Source: Candidatus Pacearchaeota archaeon (GTDB lineage Archaea; Nanobdellota; Nanobdellia; Pacearchaeales; GW2011-AR1). From it: DNA of 64,000 bases. This document shows, in pieces, positions 39,474 to 49,827 of the stretch (position 1 is its first letter; each line of letters starts with the position of its first letter). The stretch is taken from NCBI GenBank assembly GCA_018303845.1, contig JAGVXH010000005.1:6665-70664 (forward strand), written 5' to 3'. A model generated the notes under the pieces. The model saw only the letters and a program-made list of their open reading frames with translations. It did no database searches and was not told where the DNA came from. The translations under genes were made by a program, and so were the position numbers.

Positions 39474-41290
39474 CGCCTATCCAAAAATTTAGAAATAACA
39501 CTGGCCCTATAAACCTCATCAAAAAAATACTTACCAAGTCTATAAGTCCCCTCATCTCCACTCTCAATCCAACTAGAACCATTCCACGTAACAAGCAACA
39601 CCGGATAATATTCCAAATCAACTCTATGAAAAGCATCATTAACCCAAAACTCAAAATCACTTACAGTCTTTCCTGCCCCAGACTGCTTCAACCCAAACTT
39701 AGATTCTCCCTTTGAAAAACTTAAAACTGCCTTCCCTTCACTTTGCTCAACTCCAACAACAAACTCTTCACCCTTCAAAACAACTTTCTCCCCAGCAAAA
39801 GACTTCTTCAATGCCTCAATATCCGAACCAGAAACACTAGAAGAAACAAGAAGTCTCGTACGCAATCCAGCAAAAATATCTTTCAATCTCGCCAAATCAG
39901 CCTCACTATCCAACTCACCAGAGTCCCCATAATTCTCAGCCGAAACAAAATTTTCATTTTCCAAAACCTTGTAAAACGCAACCTCATACCCAGCATCCTC
40001 CTGACTCATCTTATTTATCCCAAATCTCCATTCCCTCCAAACATTATCAACATCTCCTTTGTGCCTTCCATAAATCTCCGCAAGCATTTTTTCCACAACA
40101 ATCTTATACATCATCTTATCCTTATCGCTATTCAAATCCCCACTTCCCCCATAATCATATCTAGAGACATCCTCCCCAGTCTTAGGATCCTTCTTATCCC
40201 TAGGCATATCCTCTCCCCCCCATTTCAAAAAAGTATTTCCCTGCTCAACAAACCTTTCAAGATATCGCTTCTCCCTGTCATCCCAATTCATTCCTTCCTT
40301 TTTCAAATACCCTTGAGCCAAACTTTTAGTCAACTGAAGCGGGCCATAAGCCGTAGAAGAAGAACCATCTATCTTTGTCCTAATCCAAGGATCATAGCCA
40401 TCTTTCAACCGACCGCTATTATAATCAAAATATCCCCTATGTTCCGCAGCCATAACAGCATCATAAAGAGTCTCCGTTTTCAGATACTCACTCTTCACCT
40501 TCTTATCTTCAACTTTCTCTCCAAAAAGCAAACTCTCTAATCCCTTGCCCTCACCCTTCAAGTACTCAACCCCAACCTTATTCTCAGAAAGTCTCCAATT
40601 AACCTTATCATCATTAAAAATATCTTTAACCTCATCATAAAACAAAGTCAAAGCCTCATCGTCATTATCAATCTCCCTAACAAACTTTCCATTTTTCCAA
40701 AATTCCCAAATACCATTTTGCCAACGTAATTCAACATTCGCATCTCCACCACTTCCATCCCCAATTAAACTAAACTGCATAGTGGAGCCTTCATCCATTA
40801 AATCCCTAACATCAACACTTTGCAAAATACCAATCCCGACATGATAAGCCTCCCAATCAAACAACGCAGAATCTTCACTACCAACAATCAAATTATTATA
40901 TTCTACCCATTCCCCATTTGTCAATTTCCTAAACTTTCCTTTCATCATCTCATAATCATCCAAACCACCTCCCTCAAATGTACAAGTCCTATCACGACAC
41001 TGCTTAAACCCAATATCGTCGTCTTTAATACCCAACTTCTTCAACATCTCACTTCCCAAAACAAAATCTGAAATCCTATAATCGATACACTCCTCAAAAG
41101 GCCCTCCGTTATTACCTAGCGACATCAACATACCTAAAACCTCATTTGCCTTTCCCCCAATCTCCTCTATTTCAGGAATTATCCCATTCCCAATAAGAAA
41201 AGAAAGAAAAAGCAAAACCACAACTAAAATAATAATTTTAATAAGTCTGTTAAAGGCCTCATTCCCCTTTTTCCCATTCAGCAAATTCAT
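39467..41290 (-). CDS. Class III signal peptide (pilin-like) protein with an internal lysozyme-fold (SLT/GH23-like) domain
   Basis: MNLLNGKKG|NEAFNRLIKIIILVVVLLF; internal LYDAVMAAEH...SSSTAYGPLQLT...GDVDNVWREWRFG...Y at ~39960-40480. Confidence 0.72.
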   Translation of the reverse strand: MNLLNGKKGNEAFNRLIKIIILVVVLLFLSFLIGNGIIPEIEEIGGKANEVLGMLMSLGNNGGPFEECIDYRISDFVLGSEMLKKLGIKDDDIGFKQCRDRTCTFEGGGLDDYEMMKGKFRKLTNGEWVEYNNLIVGSEDSALFDWEAYHVGIGILQSVDVRDLMDEGSTMQFSLIGDGSGGDANVELRWQNGIWEFWKNGKFVREIDNDDEALTLFYDEVKDIFNDDKVNWRLSENKVGVEYLKGEGKGLESLLFGEKVEDKKVKSEYLKTETLYDAVMAAEHRGYFDYNSGRLKDGYDPWIRTKIDGSSSTAYGPLQLTKSLAQGYLKKEGMNWDDREKRYLERFVEQGNTFLKWGGEDMPRDKKDPKTGEDVSRYDYGGSGDLNSDKDKMMYKIVVEKMLAEIYGRHKGDVDNVWREWRFGINKMSQEDAGYEVAFYKVLENENFVSAENYGDSGELDSEADLARLKDIFAGLRTRLLVSSSVSGSDIEALKKSFAGEKVVLKGEEFVVGVEQSEGKAVLSFSKGESKFGLKQSGAGKTVSDFEFWVNDAFHRVDLEYYPVLLVTWNGSSWIESGDEGTYRLGKYFFDEVYRASVISKFLDRRC

Positions 41291-41427
41291 CGCCCAAACC
41301 TCAACAAATCCTTAATGCTACCTAAAAGCTCCACGCCTTTCCCACTAAGCAAAAACCCAACGGCCCAAACCATCACAACTAAAATAATCACAAAAATAAT
41401 CATCTTAACAATCTCCTCTATTTCCAT
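41287..41427 (-). CDS. 46-aa Flp/pilin-like membrane peptide
   Basis: Manual translation MEIEEIVKMIIFVIILVVMVWAVGFLLSGKGVELLGSIKDLLRFGR; its stop overlaps the next start (ATGA). Confidence 0.7.
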   Translation of the reverse strand: MEIEEIVKMIIFVIILVVMVWAVGFLLSGKGVELLGSIKDLLRFGR

Positions 41428-41513
41428 ACATCGTCAACAAAAAACAAATTAATAAAGATTCCTAATATCTTCAAGAACAAATTACTCTACAAAAAAACAA
41501 ATACTACTAAATT

Positions 41514-41906
41514 TTATGAAGCAGCTTTAACTTCCGGCTCGCAAGTAAACTTTTCATCACATTTCTTAAATCCTAAACCAGAAGGAAGCAATACACCATC
41601 AATAAAGCCACCAACACTGAATTGATGGCAACTTCCACTAATCTTCTTCAAATCACCTTTATCATCAAAAAACCTTAAATCTTTCTTCTCGCTACACCAA
41701 GAACTTTTCTCATTGTTATTACAATCATTTTCACAATCTGCAATCCTCAACTGAACATTAGATCCACTAGTCCTTCCAGCAATCTGATCCCACATATTAG
41801 TCCATCCAGTACTAAATCCCCAAATCAACAAAACCAAAACAACAATCCCTAAAACAATAGCAACAATAGTTCCAAGCGTCATCTCCTGTCCTTTCTTATT
41901 CACCAT
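41514..41906 (-). CDS. Class III signal peptide pilin (candidate major pilin)
   Basis: MVNKKG|QEMTLGTIVAIVLGIVVLVLLIWGF; own TTTATAAA box; six Cys. Confidence 0.82.
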   Translation of the reverse strand: MVNKKGQEMTLGTIVAIVLGIVVLVLLIWGFSTGWTNMWDQIAGRTSGSNVQLRIADCENDCNNNEKSSWCSEKKDLRFFDDKGDLKKISGSCHQFSVGGFIDGVLLPSGLGFKKCDEKFTCEPEVKAAS

Positions 41907-41972
41907 CTTAACAATCCAACAACTTCATTATTTATAAAACTTCCCAAACCCTTTGCGGCATCAATAAATTGC

Positions 41973-44150
41973 CTAAGCGAGCCCAGCCAAAGCAACCGCC
42001 CCAACAATCGTCAACCCAATAATAGAACCAGCCGCAACAACCAAATACATAATCATAGAAACCTTCAAATTCTTACCGCCTTCCGAAGTCATCTGAATCG
42101 GATCCCGCCCACTCTTAATAGTCACCAAAGTAGAGGTTAAAATAAAAACGACCTCAATCAAATAAACACCGACAACAATCTGCAACCAATAAGTCGGAAT
42201 CATCTTCGTTACATCAAAAATCGCCAAAATCCCACTAACTCCACCAGCCTCACCAATAGCTCCTCCGCTTAATCCTCCCGAACTAAACATTGAATTCAAA
42301 GCCGAAAGAATTGTAGTAATCATCCCAGACAACCCAACAATAATCCCAGAGAGAAGCGGCGCCAAGAAAGTCATATTACTTTTCATATCCGAAATAATTT
42401 CAGCCAACAAATCATTCAACCTATCATTAATCTTCTTAATACTCTTAACATAATCACTAATCGACATCAATGACCGAGCAGCAACCTGCAACCCCTTCTT
42501 CACCGACTCAACCAAAATCTTCATGCTAGTAGCAACAAGTTGCGAAGGATAAAAAATAACAGCTCCCCTCTTCGGATCAAAAAGCGCCCTTTCCAAACTC
42601 ATTCCAAGTTGCCCAATATTCTCATTCACAATTTTGAAGAACCCTTCAGTTGCAGTGCCTTTAACGCTTCCAGAAACTTTAGCAAAAGCAATCTCCGCCG
42701 GACTCCCGTCCCCAATCCTATTTCCCAACTGGAACAAAGACGATGTAAACTCAGCTTCAACTTCCTTGTATTTATTTCTCGTAACTAAAATTTCCTCAGT
42801 TCTCTCTTTTGCCCCCACAACAAAAATAACAGCAATAGCAGCAGGAATACAAAGACTCATCAAAAGAGCACCACTACCAAAAGGACCAGACAAATTTCCA
42901 GCCGAATCAGTCAAAATCCCAAACACGCCTCCTCCGCCCAAAAACCCAAGCCCAATAGAGGACCAAGCATAATCCCTTGTAGTCCCAAGCCAAATCGGAA
43001 CAGGTGTATATCGCCAAAGAAAAGGAATTAGCCCAATAACAAAAAGCGGAAAAGCCAAAACCGCACCCTTCCAATATCCAGCATTACTCTTATATTTAGA
43101 ATAAAGCGGTGTCTTCTGCAAAACTCCAGACTCACCATACCCACCAGGACGCTTCATCATAACATTTTCAGTTAAAGCAATCACCATAAACGGAATCAAC
43201 ACATTAAAAATCAAAAGCACATGATACCAAGCAATCGCACCACCAAGCATAGTAGAAGCCAAAGGCAAAATCGCAAGAGCCAGCGTAGGCAAAACAATCC
43301 CAAGCATATAAACATTAGTAAGCGGAGCCTTAGCCTCATGTGTATACTTAAGCATCTTATCATAAACCCCATCCAAAATAACCTGCAAACTTTTTTCCAA
43401 AGTAGCAATTCGCCGCGCCTCATCAGGTTCATATAAACTCGATTCAATCAAATGAAACGCCTCGACAAATTCCAAACTATAATCTTTCCATCGAAGTAAA
43501 TAATTATCAATAGACTCTTTTATAGTAGAAAACTTCCCTACCTCGACATCCCAAAACACCTTACGAAAATCAGTACTCAAAGGTGCCCGCAAATGCTCCG
43601 AAGCAAAAGCCACAGCCTTCTCAAAGTTACTAGTATGCTTCATATAAATCACAATATACAAAATAGCAGGAACCATCTCAGCCGAAGCACTAAGTCTCCA
43701 TCGCAAAGCAAGCCTTTCCGGAGTCTTCGAAGAATAAAAAAACAAAAAGATTGAAAAGACGAAAACCAAAAACAAAAACATCATAGAAAAAACACCAGTC
43801 AATAACCACACCGCAACAAAAAAAGCAATCCCACCAAAAAGCGAAAGAAACAAAAGCATAGTAGAAAAAACCAAAACCTCACCAGCTGTAACATTCAAAT
43901 GCGCAATGTCAATAGCCTCATCAATCCGTGCCTTATCTTTTTCACCAACCTTAATAGAAAGAATATTCCCCATCGACTTACACCATCTCTCATACCGCGA
44001 AAATTCAGGCGCCATCTCTCCTTGAAACTTCTCGTAACTCTTAGAGAATCCCGCCCCCCGTCCCCCATCCCCCACAGCCTTATCATATCCCTTCATCTGC
44101 CTTTCTATCTTCGCCCCATACTTATTCAAAATATCTTCAGTACTAACCAC
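41973..44150 (-). CDS. Type IV pilus/T2SS-F (TadC-like) membrane platform protein with two F domains
   Basis: Two repeats of a cytoplasmic helical domain plus three TMs (FEKAVAFA..., PAEIAFAKV..LERA); next to the pilins. Confidence 0.82.
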   Translation of the reverse strand: MVSTEDILNKYGAKIERQMKGYDKAVGDGGRGAGFSKSYEKFQGEMAPEFSRYERWCKSMGNILSIKVGEKDKARIDEAIDIAHLNVTAGEVLVFSTMLLFLSLFGGIAFFVAVWLLTGVFSMMFLFLVFVFSIFLFFYSSKTPERLALRWRLSASAEMVPAILYIVIYMKHTSNFEKAVAFASEHLRAPLSTDFRKVFWDVEVGKFSTIKESIDNYLLRWKDYSLEFVEAFHLIESSLYEPDEARRIATLEKSLQVILDGVYDKMLKYTHEAKAPLTNVYMLGIVLPTLALAILPLASTMLGGAIAWYHVLLIFNVLIPFMVIALTENVMMKRPGGYGESGVLQKTPLYSKYKSNAGYWKGAVLAFPLFVIGLIPFLWRYTPVPIWLGTTRDYAWSSIGLGFLGGGGVFGILTDSAGNLSGPFGSGALLMSLCIPAAIAVIFVVGAKERTEEILVTRNKYKEVEAEFTSSLFQLGNRIGDGSPAEIAFAKVSGSVKGTATEGFFKIVNENIGQLGMSLERALFDPKRGAVIFYPSQLVATSMKILVESVKKGLQVAARSLMSISDYVKSIKKINDRLNDLLAEIISDMKSNMTFLAPLLSGIIVGLSGMITTILSALNSMFSSGGLSGGAIGEAGGVSGILAIFDVTKMIPTYWLQIVVGVYLIEVVFILTSTLVTIKSGRDPIQMTSEGGKNLKVSMIMYLVVAAGSIIGLTIVGAVALAGLA

Positions 44151-44234
44151 ATTTCACCTCCACAATCCCAAAACACCAATACTCTTAAACTTTATCCTCG
44201 CAAAAATCATATTAAACAATTTTAAATAATAAAC

Positions 44235-47200
44235 CTATGACTTCAATTTCAAAAATTGTTTTTTAACATTCTTCCAATAAATTATTACAAAAATCAACAA
44301 GACAACAAGAACAACAATCAATCCCGCAATAAATCTATTCCCGCCTATCGTATCAAAAACTACATTCCCAGTAATAATTCCCTTATCCATTTCCTCCGTC
44401 TTCACAACAGGCATTTCTTTGGCAGGTACCACGTCGACACCAGCCACAGCTCCAGTAGATGCAACCGGAACACTCTCACTAATAGACGTCAAAAGAATCT
44501 CAGCCCTACCAGCAGAAACACTCTTAAGATAAACATCCAAATCATAAACTCCATTACCATCAACATCCACCTTCTTTGTCTGCCCGGGAACAAGGTCAAA
44601 AGTAACAGGGGTACTAGAAACCGTAATCGTCACCTTATCGCCAGATATACTATCGACTTTCAATGTATGACTCTGTCCAGCCAAATTAAAATCAACCTTG
44701 TAACCTCTGCCTAAAGAAATATCATACCCTGTAGAAAGATCTGTTGCAGAAGGACTATATGTGGGATAGCTTCCACTACTACCTGAAGAACCAGAAGAAG
44801 CAGCATCTACAGTATAAGTAGTTTCAGCTAATACCGAATTTCCAGCATAATCAACAGCGGTACAATTCGTAGTAATGGTCCCAGCAACAGAAGTGGAGGG
44901 ATTCGTAGTATAAGTGATCGAACTTACTCCCGAAGATGCATCAGTTGCAGAACAGGTACAAGTAACGGTGCCACCGATTTGAACAGCAGAATCGCTACAG
45001 GCAAAAGTTATAACAGGATCAACACTATCTAAAAGAATAGTATAACGCCCACTGTTATTCGCATTTCCAAGAGTATCATTTGAAGTTGCATTATAATAAT
45101 AAACTCCATCAGTCAGATTAGTAAAATTAATAGATGTGGGGGAACTTGTACCCAGGCTTGAATTAATTAAAACTACAGAGGAATTATATAATCTAATAAA
45201 AATAGTACTCAATGTCCCTGAATCTGCAGCCGTTACATTAATAAAAATATTTGAGGTGGAAACATTAGAATTATTCGCACTAGGAGACACAAATACTATA
45301 GAAGAAGGACTCGTGGTATCTATATTAATAGTTCTCGTAGCCGTAGAATTAATATTCCCAGCAATGTCTACAATAGTCACATTGTAAGTATGAGTAGTAT
45401 CACTTAACCCTGTCCAATTAATTGTATGAGTAGCATCAGTGTATGTCGTAGTATTAACAATTCCCGTCGTATTATATAATCTAAATGTTATATTAACTTC
45501 ATTTACTTCTGTAACACTCGCATTGACATAAATATTAGAGACGGACACATTAGCATTATCAACAGAAGTTCCAGTTCCATAATCAATTGCTGGAGTCGTA
45601 GAATCTATTTGAACAACATATGAATCATTTAGCCCAAATGTACCCAACGTATCATTTGCATAAACAAAAATTGTATTATTCCCATCTGCTAATCCCGTCA
45701 AAGCAATTAAGCTAGTATTACACCAACCAGAAACATATGCAATTGTTTGGTTAGTTCCATTTGCATTAACAACACAAGCACTTCTGCCAGTACCTTCATT
45801 GGTAAGAGAAATATTTAACGTTAAAGTTTGCAAATTTGTCTTTGTTGTTCCATTTACATAAAGTGGCAAAGAAATTCCAGGAGGAGTTGAAGTAACATTA
45901 CTAACTGAAATAGTATTAGCGATTAATGTAACTTCTTTTTGCCCCAATGCTCTTCCAGTCAAAACTGCACCGTTCTGTAACGCAATAGTTGTTGTATCCG
46001 GCCCGCCTAAAATATTTCCTTTAAACTGAGAAGTTGTTCCAAGCGTTGTTGTTCCAGCAACTGCCCAAAAAATATTACTTGCTTGTGCGCCACCAGAAAG
46101 AACTACACTTGTAGCAGAACTAATATCCAAATTTCCAGATATACTAAAAATCCATACATCGTCAGAATCCCCATAAAGTGTAACATCTGTAGGTATTGTT
46201 ACTCCGGTAGTCCAATCATAAAAACCCGCCACCAAAGTCATTCCTCCAATATTTCCTGTACCTAATTCATTAGCAACAGGATTTGTTCTTCCATTGGCAT
46301 CCGTCCAAGCAGCTTCCATTGCACTTACAGCAGCAGTCAAATCAGCAGGAGTTGTACAATTTAAAGTACTATAGTCAGCCGCATAAACATTCCCTGACAC
46401 TAAAGACGAAGTTGAAAAACATTCTGAAGAATCTAAAGATAATCCAAATCCTTGAATAAAAGATGCAGCAGCTGGGCTCACTCCAATATCTCCAATAATA
46501 GCAGTAGTTCCAGTCGTAGTTATTTGAGTCTTTGAAAGAATTGTAAAATTCGCCGCTGTTCCCAAATCAACTGTTGCTTGTGTATATAACGAACCATTTA
46601 TTTGAACAACATAAGAGTCATTGAGGCCAAAATTATTAAGCGTATCATTTGCATAAACATTAATTGTGTGGTTCCCATTAGCTAGGTTTGTTAAAGCAAT
46701 CGAAGTAGTATTACACCAACCAGAAACATATGAAATTGTTTGATTTGTTCCATTTACATTAATAATGCAAACACTTATGTTCGAACTAGCATCTACAGCT
46801 GAAATATTAAGTGCCAAAGTTTGAAAACTTGTTTTTGTTGTTGCATTTACATATCCTGGCAATGCGATAACTGGTCCTGTCGTATCATTTACCGTTACTC
46901 CTATAGTTGAAACAACAGTCCATCCAGTAGAATTCGTTGTTGTAATAGTAAAATTATAATTTCCTGGACTTGAAGCAGTAGCATTAAACCAAAAATATGC
47001 CAATGTTCCATTTTCTACCAAGCTAACAGTATCATTATTCCAAATTAAAGAAACAGTAGTATTAGAAAATAAAGAGCTAGTAACATTTGTTCCGTTCGAA
47101 TCTGCCGCAAAAGAAAATACACTAGGAAATGTAATATTAACTCCGGTTATATTATCAAGTGTATCTATATTACTAACCGTTATATTATAAACCGACTCAA

Positions 47201-47348
47201 CAGATTCATTAACAGAAAATGCACTAAGGCCACTAGTTGGCGCAACAGTCAAAGCTGCAAAAGCAAAAGTAATAGATAAAAAAATTCCCAAAAATAAAAA
47301 AATTCCCAAAAATAAATTATAATTATTTTTAATTAATCTTTTTTTCAT
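44235..47348 (-). CDS. Large Thr/Ser/Asn-rich surface protein with an ice-binding DUF3494 domain, Ig-like repeats and a C-terminal TM anchor
   Basis: VDLGTAANFTILSKT.IT......I.GDIGVSP, GNVYAADY, VWIF.ISGNL, LSGGAQASNIFW.VAG..TLGT..QFKGNILG, L.GRAL (~45905-46580). Confidence 0.92.
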   Translation of the reverse strand: MKKRLIKNNYNLFLGIFLFLGIFLSITFAFAALTVAPTSGLSAFSVNESVESVYNITVSNIDTLDNITGVNITFPSVFSFAADSNGTNVTSSLFSNTTVSLIWNNDTVSLVENGTLAYFWFNATASSPGNYNFTITTTNSTGWTVVSTIGVTVNDTTGPVIALPGYVNATTKTSFQTLALNISAVDASSNISVCIINVNGTNQTISYVSGWCNTTSIALTNLANGNHTINVYANDTLNNFGLNDSYVVQINGSLYTQATVDLGTAANFTILSKTQITTTGTTAIIGDIGVSPAAASFIQGFGLSLDSSECFSTSSLVSGNVYAADYSTLNCTTPADLTAAVSAMEAAWTDANGRTNPVANELGTGNIGGMTLVAGFYDWTTGVTIPTDVTLYGDSDDVWIFSISGNLDISSATSVVLSGGAQASNIFWAVAGTTTLGTTSQFKGNILGGPDTTTIALQNGAVLTGRALGQKEVTLIANTISVSNVTSTPPGISLPLYVNGTTKTNLQTLTLNISLTNEGTGRSACVVNANGTNQTIAYVSGWCNTSLIALTGLADGNNTIFVYANDTLGTFGLNDSYVVQIDSTTPAIDYGTGTSVDNANVSVSNIYVNASVTEVNEVNITFRLYNTTGIVNTTTYTDATHTINWTGLSDTTHTYNVTIVDIAGNINSTATRTINIDTTSPSSIVFVSPSANNSNVSTSNIFINVTAADSGTLSTIFIRLYNSSVVLINSSLGTSSPTSINFTNLTDGVYYYNATSNDTLGNANNSGRYTILLDSVDPVITFACSDSAVQIGGTVTCTCSATDASSGVSSITYTTNPSTSVAGTITTNCTAVDYAGNSVLAETTYTVDAASSGSSGSSGSYPTYSPSATDLSTGYDISLGRGYKVDFNLAGQSHTLKVDSISGDKVTITVSSTPVTFDLVPGQTKKVDVDGNGVYDLDVYLKSVSAGRAEILLTSISESVPVASTGAVAGVDVVPAKEMPVVKTEEMDKGIITGNVVFDTIGGNRFIAGLIVVLVVLLIFVIIYWKNVKKQFLKLKS

Positions 47349-47562
47349 ACTTTATTGCTACTACAATAAGCTTATCTATTTTCTCACTAAGATATTCGTA
47401 TGTACCCGCGCAAAATTATCAAAGTTAATTTTATACCCTTTGCCAGAATAAATATCACACTCAATAAAAAGTTCAGTCCAAGAAAAAAACATATTAGAGA
47501 ATCACTACTTCAGAATAAATTACAATCATAACCACAGCAGTCACAATTAAAGCTTAAAAGAA

Positions 47563-48558
47563 CTATCCATAATATTCTTCTTCAAACATTCTTAATATTA
47601 AAATAGTTAATGCGAGCAACAAAGGACCTATAAAAATACCCATTACTCCGAAAGATAATACTCCCACAAAAATACCTACAAGACTCACTAAAGGATGAAT
47701 TTTTGATATCTTTTCAGCCAGATAAGGTCTTATGAGATTATCTATATTGCTTAATATAAGTCCAAAAATAAGAATTCCTCCGCCTGCCCTATAATCTCCT
47801 TGAAAAAATTGAATCACAGCTGCAGGAATCCAGACAAATGGAGGACCTATAACCGGGAAAAAAGATAATATTGCAGTAACAAATCCCCATAGAAATGCTC
47901 CTTGAATTCCAAATATCAAAAAAGAAATAGCTAATAATCCCCCCTGAATCAACGCAATTATTCCCCCAACAAATACGGTACTGTAAGATATGTCCTTAAG
48001 TTTATCAACCAATTCATTAGAATTTTTTTCATTAAATGGAACAACTTTCTTTATTTTATCATATATTGGACCCTGAGTTAGCATAAAGAATAATAAAAAG
48101 AGAGCAATAATCAAATTTATTATAAAATCTCCAATATCTAAGGCAATATTCAAAAATAAAGAAGAAACCAATTTTCCAAATCCAATTAATTGTTGAGCCA
48201 AGATTTCCTTGCTTAACCCAGGGAATATTTTTGTTATCCCCTTACTAACCATCTCACTTGTATCAGATATTATATTTGGATCTTGAAAAACGGAAAAGAG
48301 TTCGTTTCCCACTAATCCTAATAAAAATAATAATGGGAGGATAATAACAAAAAGGCTAATAAAAACTATAATCCAAGCAGACAATTTTTTACCCCATCCT
48401 TTTTTAATCATTAAATCATAAAGAGGAAACAAAACGACATACAAAAGCAATCCTCCAAAAAAACCTTCAGCAAACATGTAAATCGTGTACAATAAAAATG
48501 CCGATAAGATTAAAACTATTATTGTCGCAAAATAAAACCTAAACTTTTCTTTATTCAT
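47563..48558 (-). CDS. AI-2E family transporter
   Basis: IALIQG, LSFFPVIG...VWIP, IDNLIRP, IHPL, G..GIFIGPL. Confidence 0.92.
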   Translation of the reverse strand: MNKEKFRFYFATIIVLILSAFLLYTIYMFAEGFFGGLLLYVVLFPLYDLMIKKGWGKKLSAWIIVFISLFVIILPLLFLLGLVGNELFSVFQDPNIISDTSEMVSKGITKIFPGLSKEILAQQLIGFGKLVSSLFLNIALDIGDFIINLIIALFLLFFMLTQGPIYDKIKKVVPFNEKNSNELVDKLKDISYSTVFVGGIIALIQGGLLAISFLIFGIQGAFLWGFVTAILSFFPVIGPPFVWIPAAVIQFFQGDYRAGGGILIFGLILSNIDNLIRPYLAEKISKIHPLVSLVGIFVGVLSFGVMGIFIGPLLLALTILILRMFEEEYYG

Positions 48559-48587
48559 TTTTCTAAATAATTTATCATCTCAATAAT

Positions 48588-48731
48588 TTATTTAGTTTTA
48601 ATCTTGTCCTTAGCTCTTTTTGCCATTTTCCCAATTGCCCTTTTGAGGACTTTCTTCTCTTCGTCCACAATTTCCTCCGTCAAGGGATCTCTCGCAATTG
48701 TTTCAGCAATTGTTTTTAATTGTTTTTTCAT
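48588..48731 (-). CDS. 47-aa basic helical hypothetical protein
   Basis: Manual translation MKKQLKTIAETIARDPLTEEIVDEEKKVLKRAIGKMAKRAKDKIKTK; tight operon spacing. Confidence 0.5.
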   Translation of the reverse strand: MKKQLKTIAETIARDPLTEEIVDEEKKVLKRAIGKMAKRAKDKIKTK

Positions 48732-48733
48732 TT

Positions 48734-49057
48734 TCATTTTAAACTCCTATAGATTAAGCCAATGACATAAAGAAGAACTCCCAAGCCAAGATAAATCATC
48801 CATATTTTAATCATTGGGAAAAAATCATTAATCATTAATCCTATACCTATTAGAAATAATAAAGATCCCAAAAGGACAAACATAAAATATGTTATTTGTT
48901 TTTTTAAAGTAGATTTAAGGAAAGAAAAATCTCCTAACTTCTGAAGCAAATCCTCTGTGTTATCCCCTATAGATTCAAACAATGACCCCACAATCCTATC
49001 AAACAGCAACTTCAAAGGATATGTTTTCTTCATTTTTTTAATTTCTTTTTTCTTCAT
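48734..49057 (-). CDS. Two-TM membrane protein (holin-superfamily-like topology)
   Basis: Amphipathic N-terminus plus two C-terminal TMs. Confidence 0.6.
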   Translation of the reverse strand: MKKKEIKKMKKTYPLKLLFDRIVGSLFESIGDNTEDLLQKLGDFSFLKSTLKKQITYFMFVLLGSLLFLIGIGLMINDFFPMIKIWMIYLGLGVLLYVIGLIYRSLK

Positions 49058-49074
49058 TTTTACCCAAATATAAT

Positions 49075-49233
49075 TTAGCCTGCAATCATTACAGAATTAG
49101 CATCCAATATAACCTCTTTTTGTTCAAATACTCTTTCGTTTAATATTGCACCAATATTAAACACAGCCAACCCATCAACACCAACGACCATTCCTCCAAA
49201 TCCTCCATTTCCAATAATCACACATTTTTTCAT
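49075..49233 (-). pseudogene. 52-aa ORF containing a degenerate DUF3494 C-terminal fragment
   Basis: GAILNERVFEQKEVILDANSV aligns with GAVLTGRALGQKEVTLIANTI of the 1037-aa protein. Confidence 0.5.
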
Positions 49234-49401
49234 ATTTTTATTAATTTTTTAAATTATATATACCTGAAGACGAATATATGTTCACTCTCCACGCCAAAAT
49301 AAATCATAAACCAACCAACTATGCAAATTATTCTAGAACAATCCGTCTCATCTAATTAGATTTCATATCCCTTATTTACTCCAATCATATCTAAAAACTT
49401 A

Positions 49402-49797
49402 TCACATATTCCGACTCAAAACCAAAACTCCGACAACCCCAACCGCAAACAAAATAGCCCCGAATAAACCACTCCCAACATCAGCAAACCCAACAACATT
49501 CCCTGTAATATTCCCAAGTAACATCAGCCCACCCAAAGCAAAAAGAGCAAGCGCCAAAGAATACAAAGCCTTAACCTTCACACGAGGGTCCATATGTTCC
49601 CTAACACTTTTATAATCATAATAGGCTCTTCTCTTTTCAAGTGGGCTCAGATTCTTAACATTCCTTATCCTTCTCTTCACAATCCACTCAGCATTCTCCC
49701 ATTGGCCATTATCAATAAAAGCATAAAGAATCTTCCTATATTGTTCATCTACTTCGCCTCTAGAAATATCACCTAAACCACCAACCATATCAATCAA
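49402..49797 (-). CDS. Hypothetical protein with a C-terminal TM-ITGNVVG-TM module
   Basis: Hydrophobic helices either side of NITGNVVG. Confidence 0.7.
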   Translation of the reverse strand: MIDMVGGLGDISRGEVDEQYRKILYAFIDNGQWENAEWIVKRRIRNVKNLSPLEKRRAYYDYKSVREHMDPRVKVKALYSLALALFALGGLMLLGNITGNVVGFADVGSGLFGAILFAVGVVGVLVLSRNM

Positions 49798-49827
49798 AAC
49801 GATCTTGTCTATATAAAATTAATCATA

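Noticed and set aside
48734-49057. Prophage or holin-lysin cassette explaining the lysozyme domains
   Set aside because: No capsid, terminase, portal or integrase genes; both lysozyme domains are embedded in host-style secreted proteins far from this gene.
45590-49233. Diversity-generating retroelement template/variable repeat pair
   Set aside because: Differences between the repeats are not adenine-specific, and there is no reverse transcriptase in the window.
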